This document shows positions 30,546 through 40,447 of a stretch of DNA of 64,000 nucleotides, one piece after another. How positions within the stretch are numbered: the first letter of the stretch is position 1; each line of letters begins with the position of its first letter. Origin of the DNA: an uncultured Candidatus Saccharibacteria bacterium (GTDB taxonomy: Bacteria; Patescibacteriota; Minisyncoccia; Phycocordibacterales; UBA9973); NCBI GenBank assembly GCA_964500465.1, contig CAZCNB010000001.1:34567-98566 (forward strand). Direction: 5' to 3'. Both the position numbers and the translations under genes were made by a program. The notes under the pieces were generated by a model. The model ran no database searches. It was given only the letters and a program-made list of their open reading frames with translations, and was not told the origin of the DNA.

Positions 30546-30547
30546 AT

Positions 30548-30853
30548 ATGGAAAAAGTAGAAATATCAATACCAACAGCAGAAGAGTTTGTTGAGAATAT
30601 AAAAGAAACTAACGCAAAAGATATAAAAACTGAGTTCATTGGGCGTATTGTTTTGATTATAATTGCAGGCCTAGGACTGATATCAGTTCTTGCATGGGAT
30701 GAAGCAATAAAAGACTTGTATAGACATATTGTTGAGAACGCAGACTCACTTTCAGGAAAATTCGGTTATGCAATTTTGATAACTTTACTAGGTGTAATAA
30801 TATCAATAATCCTTGGAAGGATATTTATAAAACGTAAAACAAGTAATATTTAA
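30548..30853 (+). CDS. Two-TM membrane protein (DUF5654-like)
   Basis: GLGLISVLAWDEAIK pattern; lies between transketolase halves. Confidence 0.6.
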   Translation: MEKVEISIPTAEEFVENIKETNAKDIKTEFIGRIVLIIIAGLGLISVLAWDEAIKDLYRHIVENADSLSGKFGYAILITLLGVIISIILGRIFIKRKTSNI

Positions 30854-30854
30854 A

Positions 30855-31853
30855 ATGTTAAACGACAAATTTAAACTAAACCCAAAGATTTTTAATGACG
30901 ATGTAGAACAAATACCTATTCGCCAAGGTTTTGGTGATGGTTTACTTCAAGCTGGGATTGAAAATGAAGATATTGTGGCTCTGTGCGCAGATTTAACTGA
31001 ATCTACAAAAATGAATATGTTTGCCGAAAAATTTCCTAAAAGATTTATAGAGATAGGCGTTGCAGAGCAGAACCTCGCTACTGTTGCATCAGGCATGGCA
31101 GCTATGGGTAAAATACCTTTTATCTCTTCGTACGCAATGTTTTCGCCAGGAAGAAACTGGGAACAAATACGTACTACGATTTGCTACAACGATCGCCCTG
31201 TAAAGATAGCAGGGAGTCATGCTGGTATCTCTGTAGGACCAGATGGTGGTACACATCAAGCAATAGAAGACATAGCAATTACTCGTGTAATACCGAAAAT
31301 GGTAGTTATATCTCCGTGCGACAGCATAGAAGCAAAGAAGGCGACTCTTGCTTGCGCAAAAATAGTGAATCCCACATATCTACGTCTTGCTCGAGAAAAA
31401 ACTCCAGTAATAACAACTGAAGAAACACCATTTGAAATAGGTAAAGCTCAAATAGTATTTATACCAGAAAATGGTTTAGCTGAAGTTGGAATAATAGCAA
31501 CCGGAGCACTTCTGTATAAAGCACTAAAAGTTGCCAAAGAATTAGAAAAAAAGGGAACTAAAGTAAAAGTAATGAACTTATCTACAATTAAACCTCTAGA
31601 TAGCGAGGCAGTAGTAGCTCTTGCAAAAGAGACTAGATGTATAGTTGCAGTTGAAGAACATCAGGTAGCAGGTGGTATGGGTTCTGCAGTTGCTGAATGT
31701 TTAAGTGTTTATTATCCAACACCAATAGAATTTGTAGGTGTAAATGATGAATTTGGGCAATCAGGAACTCCAGATGAACTTATAGAAAGATATGGAATGG
31801 ATGAAGAAGGAATAAAAAAAGCAGTAGAGAAAGTTTTAAAGAGAAAGATTTAA
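30855..31853 (+). CDS. Transketolase, C-terminal subunit
   Basis: GVAEQN, GPDGGTHQ, EEHQVAGG. Confidence 0.93.
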   Translation: MLNDKFKLNPKIFNDDVEQIPIRQGFGDGLLQAGIENEDIVALCADLTESTKMNMFAEKFPKRFIEIGVAEQNLATVASGMAAMGKIPFISSYAMFSPGRNWEQIRTTICYNDRPVKIAGSHAGISVGPDGGTHQAIEDIAITRVIPKMVVISPCDSIEAKKATLACAKIVNPTYLRLAREKTPVITTEETPFEIGKAQIVFIPENGLAEVGIIATGALLYKALKVAKELEKKGTKVKVMNLSTIKPLDSEAVVALAKETRCIVAVEEHQVAGGMGSAVAECLSVYYPTPIEFVGVNDEFGQSGTPDELIERYGMDEEGIKKAVEKVLKRKI

Positions 31854-31857
31854 TATT

Positions 31858-31890
31858 AAAAAATTCCTTGGATTGCTCCAAGGAATTTTT
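31858..31890. terminator. Bidirectional terminator
   Basis: AAAAATTCCTTGGA-TTGC-TCCAAGGAATTTTT. Confidence 0.85.
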
Positions 31891-31905
31891 ATTTTCCTAA
31901 ATAGT

Positions 31906-32175
31906 TTAAGAATGCACTGACATTTTACTCTTTATTTCATTTATGATCTTTTCTTCTTCTTTAATTTCAAGTAAAACAGGGTTATTGACGTCAAGTTGTG
32001 TTATATGTTGATTAATCATTTGCTCTTCGCGATTTTCAGTATCTGATTTATCAATCAAATTTAAAGACAACTTACTTTTTAACTCTTCTACTTTTCTTAA
32101 ATGAAAACTAAGCTCATCAAGCAATGCATCAGTGATTTCTTTTTTTGTTTTTAATGTATCAGGTTTAAACATCAT
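31906..32175 (-). CDS. Hypothetical coiled-coil protein
   Basis: 89-aa ORF directly downstream of the PfkB-family gene. Confidence 0.5.
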   Translation of the reverse strand: MMFKPDTLKTKKEITDALLDELSFHLRKVEELKSKLSLNLIDKSDTENREEQMINQHITQLDVNNPVLLEIKEEEKIINEIKSKMSVHS

Positions 32176-32182
32176 AAATGGG

Positions 32183-33175
32183 TTAGTTTATTTTTTTAAT
32201 AATATAATCTTGTGGTGCTTTTTGCAAATATTCTTCAATTTTCTCTGGTGTTAATAAGCCTTTTTGAGCGCCAATAAATTGAGTTACTGACATTGCGTTT
32301 ATTGGAGCCCAAGTTAGTGCTTCAGCTAAAGTTTTACCCATAGCTAAACATGAAGTTATTGTTGATTCATATGCATCACCAGCTCCTGTTCTCTCTATGG
32401 GAGTATGAGGATACACTGGCATAAACCACATATCGCCATTTTCTTCTCGAGCATAAGCACCTTTTATTCCATCAGTCATAACTATAATTTTCGGTCCAAG
32501 TGCGTGAAGCATGTCCATAAGTTTTTTAGGTTCTAATTCTTTAGAAACAAGTATTCTCTGAGCTTCCTCAAGGTTACAATAAAATATCTCTGTAAGTTCA
32601 TAAATATCTTTTAATTTTTCAGTTCCGAGTTTGATCTGGAAAGTTCCTGGTTGAAATGCAAGTTTTGTTTCTGGATGGGCTTTTAGCCATTCAGCTATTT
32701 CATGGTGGAATCCTTCTGTGTTTTCTCCAAGCGAAGAGAGGTAAATCCATTTCGGAGGTTTAATATCCTTGAAGTGTCTTTCAAATGGAGCATGATTAAC
32801 TAATATTGTTCTCTCTGGACCATACCAAAGTACATAATGATAGTTGGTAGGTAGTTTTGGATCTGTTTCTATGTAATCAAGACTCACATTATTTTCAGCA
32901 AGTGCTTTCATGCATTCTTTTCCATAATTATCATTACCAACTACTCCAGATAGAGCAGAATTAAGTCCTAATCTACTAGCAGAAACAGCAGCATTTGCAC
33001 TATTTCCAACAGCATAAATTATTTCATGAAATTCAAAAGGTACTTTATCTCCGAAACGCACGCAGAGTTTACAATTTTCTTGATCAAGATCACATGTAGC
33101 CTCAGCATCTTTAATTCTTATAAAATCATCTACAACCAAGTCGCCGATAGCTAAAAAATCGATTTGTTTATCCAT
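32183..33175 (-). CDS. PfkB-family carbohydrate kinase
   Basis: NAAVSASRLG, ERTGAGDAY. Confidence 0.9.
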   Translation of the reverse strand: MDKQIDFLAIGDLVVDDFIRIKDAEATCDLDQENCKLCVRFGDKVPFEFHEIIYAVGNSANAAVSASRLGLNSALSGVVGNDNYGKECMKALAENNVSLDYIETDPKLPTNYHYVLWYGPERTILVNHAPFERHFKDIKPPKWIYLSSLGENTEGFHHEIAEWLKAHPETKLAFQPGTFQIKLGTEKLKDIYELTEIFYCNLEEAQRILVSKELEPKKLMDMLHALGPKIIVMTDGIKGAYAREENGDMWFMPVYPHTPIERTGAGDAYESTITSCLAMGKTLAEALTWAPINAMSVTQFIGAQKGLLTPEKIEEYLQKAPQDYIIKKIN

Positions 33176-33184
33176 ACTACGTGG

Positions 33185-33207
33185 ATTATATCACACTATG
33201 ATATAAT
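33185..33207. promoter_or_regulatory. Back-to-back extended -10 promoters for the PfkB gene and fba
   Basis: ATTATATCA-CACTA-TGATATAAT palindrome, 9 and 7 nt from the two start codons. Confidence 0.7.
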
Positions 33208-33214
33208 CCTAAAT

Positions 33215-34081
33215 ATGAAAACACTGCGTGAAGTAATAAATGAAGCGTCCCAAAATGGTGTTGCTATTGGACATTTTAATATCTCAAATTTAGAAGGTCT
33301 ACATGGTATATATCAAGCCGCAAAAAAACTTGGGCTTCCAGTTATTATTGGTTTATCTGAAGGAGAAGAGAAGTTTGTTGGTCGCGAAGAAGCCGTTGCT
33401 CTAATACGTACAATAAGAGATAGGGACAACTATCCAATATATCTAAATGCCGACCATCACGGATCATATGAAAGTGTAAAAGCATGTATAGATGCTGGTT
33501 TTGATATGGCTATTATAGATTGCGCAAAATTACCATTTGAAGAAAATGTAAAAATAACTAAACAGTGTGTAGAGTATGCAAGAAATGTTACCAAAGAAAC
33601 TGGAAGAGATATTCTAATAGAAGCAGAGTTGGGATTTATCGGATCTGGTTCAGACATAAAAGATACAATACCAGAAGGAGCAGGAATACTTACTAATCCA
33701 GAGGATGCAAAAAAATATGTTGAACAAACTGGTATAGATATGTTTGCACCTTCAGTAGGCTCTATACATGGGCTTATCAAAAGTGGGAAGCCGCATATTG
33801 ATTCAGATCTAGTTGCTAAAATCAAAGAAGCAACAGGTGTTCCTCTTGTTCTCCATGGTGGTTCTGGACTTCGCAATGAAGATTTTACAAGTGCAATCGC
33901 TGCCGGAATTTCTGTTGTTCATATAAATTCTGAACTAAGACTTGCATATGAACAAGCTGTTGGAAATTTTATAAAAGAAAATCCTGAAGAAATTGTTCCT
34001 GCAAAGATTTTATCTGGTGCAGTAGATGCAATAGAGAAAATAGTAGAGGATAGATTAAAACTTTTTAACAATATTAAATAA
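33215..34081 (+). CDS. fba: Class II fructose-bisphosphate aldolase
   Basis: NADH, EAELG, GSIHG, LVLHGGSG; start corrected to MKTLRE. Confidence 0.9.
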   Translation: MKTLREVINEASQNGVAIGHFNISNLEGLHGIYQAAKKLGLPVIIGLSEGEEKFVGREEAVALIRTIRDRDNYPIYLNADHHGSYESVKACIDAGFDMAIIDCAKLPFEENVKITKQCVEYARNVTKETGRDILIEAELGFIGSGSDIKDTIPEGAGILTNPEDAKKYVEQTGIDMFAPSVGSIHGLIKSGKPHIDSDLVAKIKEATGVPLVLHGGSGLRNEDFTSAIAAGISVVHINSELRLAYEQAVGNFIKENPEEIVPAKILSGAVDAIEKIVEDRLKLFNNIK

Positions 34082-34082
34082 T

Positions 34083-34403
34083 ATGTATTATTGGCTTATA
34101 CCCTTATCATTTTTAGTCCTAAGTGAACTAGTTGCAGATATATTTGCAAAAGAATACTCATTAAAAGGACACAACTGGCTTTGGGTATGTGCAATTATAG
34201 GATATATATTTGCAAATATATTTTGGCTATCAGCAATTAAGAATGGTTCGGGTCTTGCTAGAGGCGCAATATTGTTTTCAATTTCATCAGCAGTTGTTGC
34301 TACGATCTTAGGAATTTTTATATATCATGAAAGTTTAAATAAAATTCAAATAATTGGTATTGTACTAGGTTTATTATCAATAACTTTAATTTTTTGGGAA
34401 TAA
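34083..34403 (+). CDS. SMR/DMT-like small membrane protein
   Basis: Four TMs, Glu in TM1, HESLNKIQIIGIVL. Confidence 0.65.
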   Translation: MYYWLIPLSFLVLSELVADIFAKEYSLKGHNWLWVCAIIGYIFANIFWLSAIKNGSGLARGAILFSISSAVVATILGIFIYHESLNKIQIIGIVLGLLSITLIFWE

Positions 34404-34414
34404 TTAATGCACAT

Positions 34415-36133
34415 ATGAAAGAAGAAATATTAAAATTTTTTAAAGGCGATGTGGAAGATAGCGATGAAATACTTTTAAAATATTCCAGAGATGCATCCTT
34501 GCTTGAAGTTAGACCAGAAATAGTTGTTTTCCCAAAAGACTCTGAAGATATAAAGGCTTTGGTTAAATGGGTTGGAGATAATAAAGATAAATATCCTAAA
34601 CTTGCATTAACATCTAGATCAGCTGGAACTTGTATGTCTGGCGGAGCAATTGGCGAGTCAATAATAGTGGACTTTACTCGTTACATGAATAGGATTGAAA
34701 AAATTGATAGAGTTAATCCTTTTGAAATAACTCCAAAGTTTGGAGGTGCACACGGAATTATTATATCTGGAGAAGCTATTGTTGAGCCTGGTTGTTATTA
34801 TAGAGATTTTGAACCTAAAACTTTGGAACAAGAGTTACTTTTACCCTGTTATACAGCTTCAAAAAGTCTGAACGCCATTGGTGGAATGGTTGGAAATAAT
34901 TCTGGAGGAGAGAAAACTCTAAACTATGGAAAAACGGAAGATTACATAAAAGAACTATGTGTTGTTTTTGCAGACGGTAGAGAATATATAGTTAAACCAC
35001 TAACAAAAAAAGAATTGTATGGAAAAATCGCCCAAGGTGATTTTGAAGGAGAAATATATAAAAATATTTTTGCTTTAATAAACGAAAACAAAATTGAAAT
35101 TAAAGGAGCAAAACCAAATGTATCTAAAAATTCTGCTGGTTATTACTTATGGAATGTATGGGATGAAGAAAAAGAAATTTTTGATTTAACCAAGCTAATA
35201 GTAGGTTCACAAGGAACATTAGGAATTGTTACTAAAATAACCCTCCATTTAGTTAATGTGAAAAAATCTTCAAAATTAGTAGCAATTTTCATGAAAGATA
35301 TAGAAAGACTTGGGGAGGTTGTAGATACAATCTTAGTTCATAAGCCAGAGAGCTTAGAATCTTACGACGATGCCACCATGAAACTCGCTATAAAGTTTTT
35401 CCCAGATTTTCTTAAGAAAAAAGGTTTTTGGGGAATGATAAAATTCATGTGGAGTTTTTGGCCTGAAGCTATAATGATGCTAACTTTTGGAATTCCAAAA
35501 TTAATTCTTTTAGTTGAATTTGCTGGTGATAATGAAAAAGAGATAGACAAGAACGCCAAAAAATTGTTACCTGACTTAAAAAAGTTTAATTTTAAAACAA
35601 GAGTGACCAAATCAGAATCTGAGTCTGAAAAGTACTGGGACATAAGGCGTGAAAGTTTTGCTCTATTACGTAAACATGTAAAAGATAAGCATACTGCACC
35701 ATTTATTGATGACATTATAGTTCGTCCAGAATTTTTGCCAGAATTTTTGCCAAAACTAAACAATATACTTAATAATTATCCTATAACATACACTATTGCA
35801 GGTCATGCTGGTAATGGAAATTTTCACATTATTCCACTTATGGATTTTGCCGATGAAAAAACTGCACCAATAATAGTAGATCTATCCAAAGAAGTATATG
35901 ACCTAGTCTTTGAATATAGAGGTTCAACTACGGGTGAACACAATGATGGAATAATCCGCTCACCATTTTTAACTCAAATGTTTGGAAATAAAATCTACTC
36001 ACTATTTGATAAAACAAAACAAATCTTTGATAACAAAAATATACTAAACCCAGGCAAAAAGATTGGTGGAAGTATAGATTATCTAAAATCTCATATTATT
36101 AAAGAATCTCATGAACATTCCCATAAAGTCTAA
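34415..36133 (+). CDS. FAD-linked oxidoreductase (GlcD/D-2-hydroxyacid dehydrogenase-like)
   Basis: RSAGTCMSG, IGGMVGNN, GSQGTLG, GHAGNGNFH, GEHNDG, LNPGK. Confidence 0.88.
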   Translation: MKEEILKFFKGDVEDSDEILLKYSRDASLLEVRPEIVVFPKDSEDIKALVKWVGDNKDKYPKLALTSRSAGTCMSGGAIGESIIVDFTRYMNRIEKIDRVNPFEITPKFGGAHGIIISGEAIVEPGCYYRDFEPKTLEQELLLPCYTASKSLNAIGGMVGNNSGGEKTLNYGKTEDYIKELCVVFADGREYIVKPLTKKELYGKIAQGDFEGEIYKNIFALINENKIEIKGAKPNVSKNSAGYYLWNVWDEEKEIFDLTKLIVGSQGTLGIVTKITLHLVNVKKSSKLVAIFMKDIERLGEVVDTILVHKPESLESYDDATMKLAIKFFPDFLKKKGFWGMIKFMWSFWPEAIMMLTFGIPKLILLVEFAGDNEKEIDKNAKKLLPDLKKFNFKTRVTKSESESEKYWDIRRESFALLRKHVKDKHTAPFIDDIIVRPEFLPEFLPKLNNILNNYPITYTIAGHAGNGNFHIIPLMDFADEKTAPIIVDLSKEVYDLVFEYRGSTTGEHNDGIIRSPFLTQMFGNKIYSLFDKTKQIFDNKNILNPGKKIGGSIDYLKSHIIKESHEHSHKV

Positions 36134-36170
36134 TTTGTCAAAATAGCCATAATATGCTATTATTTCGGCT

Positions 36171-36818
36171 ATGCAAACATTAACATTAACCGCAAATAAG
36201 CGAAGTAAGGCAGACAGGCTAGAAGCTATACGAATTAAAGGTATGATTCCTGCTGTTGTCTATGGCGCTCGAGTGGAAAATACATCTATTTCCGTACCGA
36301 GTGTTTCTTTTGAAAAGACCTTAAAGATGGCCGGAGAATCAAGCACTATAGTTCTTGACCTTGAAGGCACAAAGATAGATGTACTTATTCATGACGTACA
36401 AGTTGATCCTATTAAAGGACATCCTATACATATCGATTTCTTAGCTGTAGATATGAACAAGCCGGTAGAAGTTCAAGTTCCCCTTGAATTTTCTGGTATA
36501 TCTCAAGCTGAAAAGGATGGACTCGGTACTTTAGTTAAGGTGATGCACGAAATTGAAATAAAAGCTCTTCCTAAAGATCTTCCTCACTCAATAATAGTTG
36601 ACATATCATCACTTGTTACATTATCAGATCAAATTCACGTAAAAGATCTAAAAGTAGCAAAAGAAATATCAATATTGACAGATGAAAATGAAGTAGTAGC
36701 ACTTGTAGCTGCCGCTAAAGCAGAGAAGGTTGAAGACGAAGCACCTGTTGATTTATCTAGTATTGAAGTTGAAAAGAAAGGTAAGAAAGAGGAAACAGAA
36801 CCTTCTGAAGAAAAATAA
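36171..36818 (+). CDS. rplY: 50S ribosomal protein bL25 (long Ctc type)
   Basis: IPAVVYG, HIDF, beta-rich C-domain with acidic tail. Confidence 0.93.
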   Translation: MQTLTLTANKRSKADRLEAIRIKGMIPAVVYGARVENTSISVPSVSFEKTLKMAGESSTIVLDLEGTKIDVLIHDVQVDPIKGHPIHIDFLAVDMNKPVEVQVPLEFSGISQAEKDGLGTLVKVMHEIEIKALPKDLPHSIIVDISSLVTLSDQIHVKDLKVAKEISILTDENEVVALVAAAKAEKVEDEAPVDLSSIEVEKKGKKEETEPSEEK

Positions 36819-36828
36819 TAATGAATTT

Positions 36829-36868
36829 AATATAAAAACCCTAGAGTCACAATCTAGGGTTTTTATAT
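36829..36868 (+). terminator. Intrinsic terminator after rplY
   Basis: ATATAAAAACCCTAGA...TCTAGGGTTTTTATAT. Confidence 0.8.
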
Positions 36869-36884
36869 GTTATAATATACAAGT

Positions 36885-38246
36885 ATGAAACGATTGATTC
36901 GGTATTATTTTCCTTTTATTCTGGTTTTTATATTTATATTTAGCCCATTAAGCAACAATATTGTTGAGGCAGACCAAGCACTACAAAATGCTCAAGCTGA
37001 TAAAGCTCGTCTTGAAAGCGAGTTAAGTGCGCTTGAACAAGAAATTGCTCAAAAACAACAAGAATTAGCTAGTCAGAAGGGTCAATCTGTATCACTATCA
37101 AGGGATATAGCTATTTTGACTACCCAAATTAAAAAATCAAAATTGGATATTCAAGCAAAAAATCTAATAATTAAAAAACTTGGAGGAGAAATAGTACAAA
37201 AAAACAAGAAAATAGAAACATTATCTACTAAAATAGAAACTGAGAAAGAAACACTTGCTCAATTAATAAGAAAAGACAGAGAAATAGACGAAAAGACAAT
37301 GGTTTCATTTTTATTATCAAAAGAAAATTTATCTCTTGCGTATGGAGATATAGGAGCTTTTGCTTCTCTAAAATCAGGAATTAAAAAATCTGTTGATGAA
37401 ATTAGAGGAGTAAAAAAAGAAACAGAAACTGAAAAGAAAAATTTAGAAATTAAGAAGAATCAAGAAACTGATGTTAAAGTAAAACTCGAAAAAGCAAAAC
37501 AAGAAGTTGAGGCAAGTGAAAAAAATAAACAGCAACTACTCTCAATAAGTAAAGATAAAGAAAAAGCCTATCAAAAAGTACTAGCAGACAAAGCAAAAAG
37601 ACGTTCAGAGATACTTGCTGTATTGTTCAATCTTCGTGATGCATCAGCAATTCCTTTCGGAAAAGCTCTAGAATTCGCAAAAGAAGCTTCTAAATCAACC
37701 GGTGTTGATGTAGCATTCATATTGGCAATAATTACCCAAGAAAGTAATCTTGGAACTGATCAAGGATCTTGTTATGTAACTGATATGAACACTGGTGTAG
37801 GCGTTAGTTCGAAGAGTAATAAAACATATAGAAATGTAATGAAACCAGGACGTGATACACCAATATTTATGGAAATAACTTTAGCTCTAGGTAGAGATCC
37901 TTATAAAACACTAGTATCTTGTCCTATCGCTTCAGCTGGAAGTTCAAGTTGGGGTGGAGCAATGGGACCTGCTCAATTCATACCATCTACTTGGAAAGGT
38001 ATGGCTAAAAAAGTAGCAAATGCACTGGGAATACAGACACCTGATCCATGGAACCCTAGAGATGCCTTTACAGCCTCAGCTATGTTCTTAGCAGATTTAG
38101 GGGGAAGTGGAGATAGTTATACTGGTCAAATAAGAGCTGCTTGTAAGTACTATGGTTCAGGTGGTTCGACATGCGCATATGGAAGACAAGTGATGGCTAA
38201 AGCTGCAAATATACAGAAAAATATGCTAGATCCTTTGCAAAATTAG
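36885..38246 (+). CDS. Secreted coiled-coil lytic murein transglycosylase
   Basis: Signal peptide, coiled coil, AIITQES catalytic Glu, GAMGPAQFIPSTW, DPWNPRDA. Confidence 0.85.
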   Translation: MKRLIRYYFPFILVFIFIFSPLSNNIVEADQALQNAQADKARLESELSALEQEIAQKQQELASQKGQSVSLSRDIAILTTQIKKSKLDIQAKNLIIKKLGGEIVQKNKKIETLSTKIETEKETLAQLIRKDREIDEKTMVSFLLSKENLSLAYGDIGAFASLKSGIKKSVDEIRGVKKETETEKKNLEIKKNQETDVKVKLEKAKQEVEASEKNKQQLLSISKDKEKAYQKVLADKAKRRSEILAVLFNLRDASAIPFGKALEFAKEASKSTGVDVAFILAIITQESNLGTDQGSCYVTDMNTGVGVSSKSNKTYRNVMKPGRDTPIFMEITLALGRDPYKTLVSCPIASAGSSSWGGAMGPAQFIPSTWKGMAKKVANALGIQTPDPWNPRDAFTASAMFLADLGGSGDSYTGQIRAACKYYGSGGSTCAYGRQVMAKAANIQKNMLDPLQN

Positions 38247-38274
38247 AATATCTATGTTAGTATGACGAAACGTT

Positions 38275-38490
38275 ATGAAAAAAGACATTCACCCAAAATA
38301 CAACAACAATACAGCTGTCACTTGCGCTTGTGGAGCTAGTTTTACTGTAGGTTCAACTATGGACACTATGAACATTGAAATCTGCAGTCAATGTCACCCG
38401 TTTTACACAGGTAATGATAAGGTTCTGGATACTGCGGGACGTGTTGATCGATTTAAAAAGCGCGCAGCAGTTGCAAAAGCAAAGAAATAA
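38275..38490 (+). CDS. rpmE: 50S ribosomal protein bL31 (Zn-binding form)
   Basis: [27 protein letters not shown]. Confidence 0.97.
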   Translation: MKKDIHPKYNNNTAVTCACGASFTVGSTMDTMNIEICSQCHPFYTGNDKVLDTAGRVDRFKKRAAVAKAKK

Positions 38491-38555
38491 CTACAAAAAA
38501 TAAGGAACTAGTCTCGTATAGAGCTAGTTTTTTATTTTTGCTATATAATACAAAT

Positions 38556-39497
38556 ATGAATTTTGATTTAGAAGAATTAAAAAAAGATCATAAAACAAGT
38601 TATTTTGCAGGAGAATATGAAAGGCTTGTTGAAGAGGAGAGAAAAGTAAACGAAATGGTTGCACAAGATGAATCATTGCGTGATTTAGCTGATGAAGAAC
38701 TTCAAAATATTAGATTCCAAAAAGAAGCAATTGAAAGACAAATAGAAGAAATTCAAAAAGCAGATAAAGAAGAGGAAGAATTTCCAAACGAAATAATTCT
38801 TGAAGCACGTGCAGGAGCAGGGGGTGACGAAGCAGCACTTTTTGCAATTGAATTAGTTGATATGTATGAAAAATTTGCTGATATAAAAGGATGGAATAGT
38901 AAACATTTAGACGAGTATACACTTGAGATAAAGGGGAAGGATGTCTATAAGTTGCTTAGGTACGAAACTGGAGTCCATCGTGTTCAAAGAGTTCCTGCTA
39001 CTGAAAAGAATGGGCGTATTCATACTTCCACTGCTTCAATAGCTATTCTTCCGATAAGAAAGAAAAGTAAGATAGAGATAAATCCTGCTGATCTTGATAT
39101 GGAATATTCTCGTTCAGGTGGAGCTGGAGGACAAAATGTTAATAAAGTCGAGACGGCAGTAAGATTGATACATAAACCAACAGGTATTGATGTTCGTTCT
39201 ACGTCAGAGCGTAGTCAGCTTGGTAATCGTGAAAAAGCTATGAGTATTTTGATTGCGAAACTTCAAATGCTAAAGGATGAAGAGGAAGCAAAGAAATATT
39301 CAGGCGATAGAAAAGCTCAGATAGGCACAGCAGACCGCAGTGAAAAAATCCGTACATACAATTTCCCGCAAGATAGAGTTACTGACCATCGTATAAAACA
39401 GTCATGGTCAAATATACCAGGAATAATGCAAGGCAGAATAGATAAAATTATTGATGCTCTAGCATCAGGTGAGGTTGGAGACGCAGAGGAGGAATAA
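38556..39497 (+). CDS. prfA: Peptide chain release factor 1 (short N-terminus)
   Basis: RVPATE (PxT motif), [13 protein letters not shown]; follows rpmE. Confidence 0.95.
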   Translation: MNFDLEELKKDHKTSYFAGEYERLVEEERKVNEMVAQDESLRDLADEELQNIRFQKEAIERQIEEIQKADKEEEEFPNEIILEARAGAGGDEAALFAIELVDMYEKFADIKGWNSKHLDEYTLEIKGKDVYKLLRYETGVHRVQRVPATEKNGRIHTSTASIAILPIRKKSKIEINPADLDMEYSRSGGAGGQNVNKVETAVRLIHKPTGIDVRSTSERSQLGNREKAMSILIAKLQMLKDEEEAKKYSGDRKAQIGTADRSEKIRTYNFPQDRVTDHRIKQSWSNIPGIMQGRIDKIIDALASGEVGDAEEE

Positions 39498-39685
39498 TTG
39501 CACATTTACAATATATGTGTTATTCTTTTCTCTAGTAGTTCTCACACGTTTTGGTTATTGTTTCATACGAATTGTTTCAAACATTGAGTATGTAAATGGA
39601 ATCAGGCTTCGAGCGATTACATTTATAAATTAGTTTTCTTCAAATAGAAGTATGTAAGTACTCTAGGAGAAGCACATTGTCATAT

Positions 39686-39973
39686 ATGGCAAAAAAGTTA
39701 TACGTCGGAGGTCTTCCTTATAAGACGACTAACGATGAGCTCAAGGCACATTTTGAGCAAGCAGGTGCTGTTCTATCAGCAACTATTATCATGGATAAGA
39801 TGACTGGCCGCTCAAAAGGCTTCGGTTTCGTAGAAATGGAAAACGATGCAGATGCCGACAAAGCTATCTCAATGTTTGATGGCAAGGATTACGAAGGTCG
39901 TAACCTTACAGTGAACGAAGCTCGTCCAATGGAAGCACGCCCACAAAGTGGTGGTTTCCGTGGAAATAGATAA
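39686..39973 (+). CDS. RRM-domain RNA-binding protein
   Basis: RNP2 LYVGGL, RNP1 KGFGFVEM, VNEARP. Confidence 0.93.
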   Translation: MAKKLYVGGLPYKTTNDELKAHFEQAGAVLSATIIMDKMTGRSKGFGFVEMENDADADKAISMFDGKDYEGRNLTVNEARPMEARPQSGGFRGNR

Positions 39974-39989
39974 TAATCTATCGCAATGT

Positions 39990-40018
39990 CAAAAATACCC
40001 CTAATAAGGGTATTTTTG
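39990..40018 (+). terminator. Intrinsic terminator
   Basis: CAAAAATACCC...GGGTATTTTTG. Confidence 0.75.
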
Positions 40019-40095
40019 TTTGCAAAATAAAGCTTTTTTTGATATAGTTTGGGTGACGCTTAGTGAGCGCCTGTTTTTCGTTAAGCGAGCATTAT

Positions 40096-40167
40096 GCGTG
40101 TGTAGTTCAGTGGTAGAACGCTGTCCTGATAAGACAGAGGTCGAAAGTTCGATTCTTTCCACACGCA
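40096..40167 (+). tRNA. tRNA-Ile(GAU), CCA not encoded
   Basis: Acceptor GCGTGTG/CACACGC+A, anticodon arm CTGTC-CTGATAA-GACAG, T-arm GAAAG-TTCGATT-CTTTC. Confidence 0.95.
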
Positions 40168-40192
40168 CACTTCATCTTAGTTATGAAGTAAT

Positions 40193-40447
40193 ATGGATAA
40201 AGACAAAAAAGAAATTTGGTGGCAACCTGCAATAGTTATGTTCGTCAAAGTTTCTGCTTGGGTAGCAATACCTATCATCTTGGCTTTATTTATTGGTAAA
40301 TATTTAGATAAAAAATACGAAACCTCGCCTTGGATATTTATAAGCGCAACCATAATAGCATTTACAATATCAATGATTGCACTTGGTAAAATATCAATAA
40401 ATTATATTCGTAAAATAGATAAAGATAAAAATGGAAAATCAGAATAA
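40193..40447 (+). CDS. AtpZ/AtpI-family protein
   Basis: Two TMs, IGKYLDKKYETSPW; first gene of atp operon. Confidence 0.8.
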   Translation: MDKDKKEIWWQPAIVMFVKVSAWVAIPIILALFIGKYLDKKYETSPWIFISATIIAFTISMIALGKISINYIRKIDKDKNGKSE

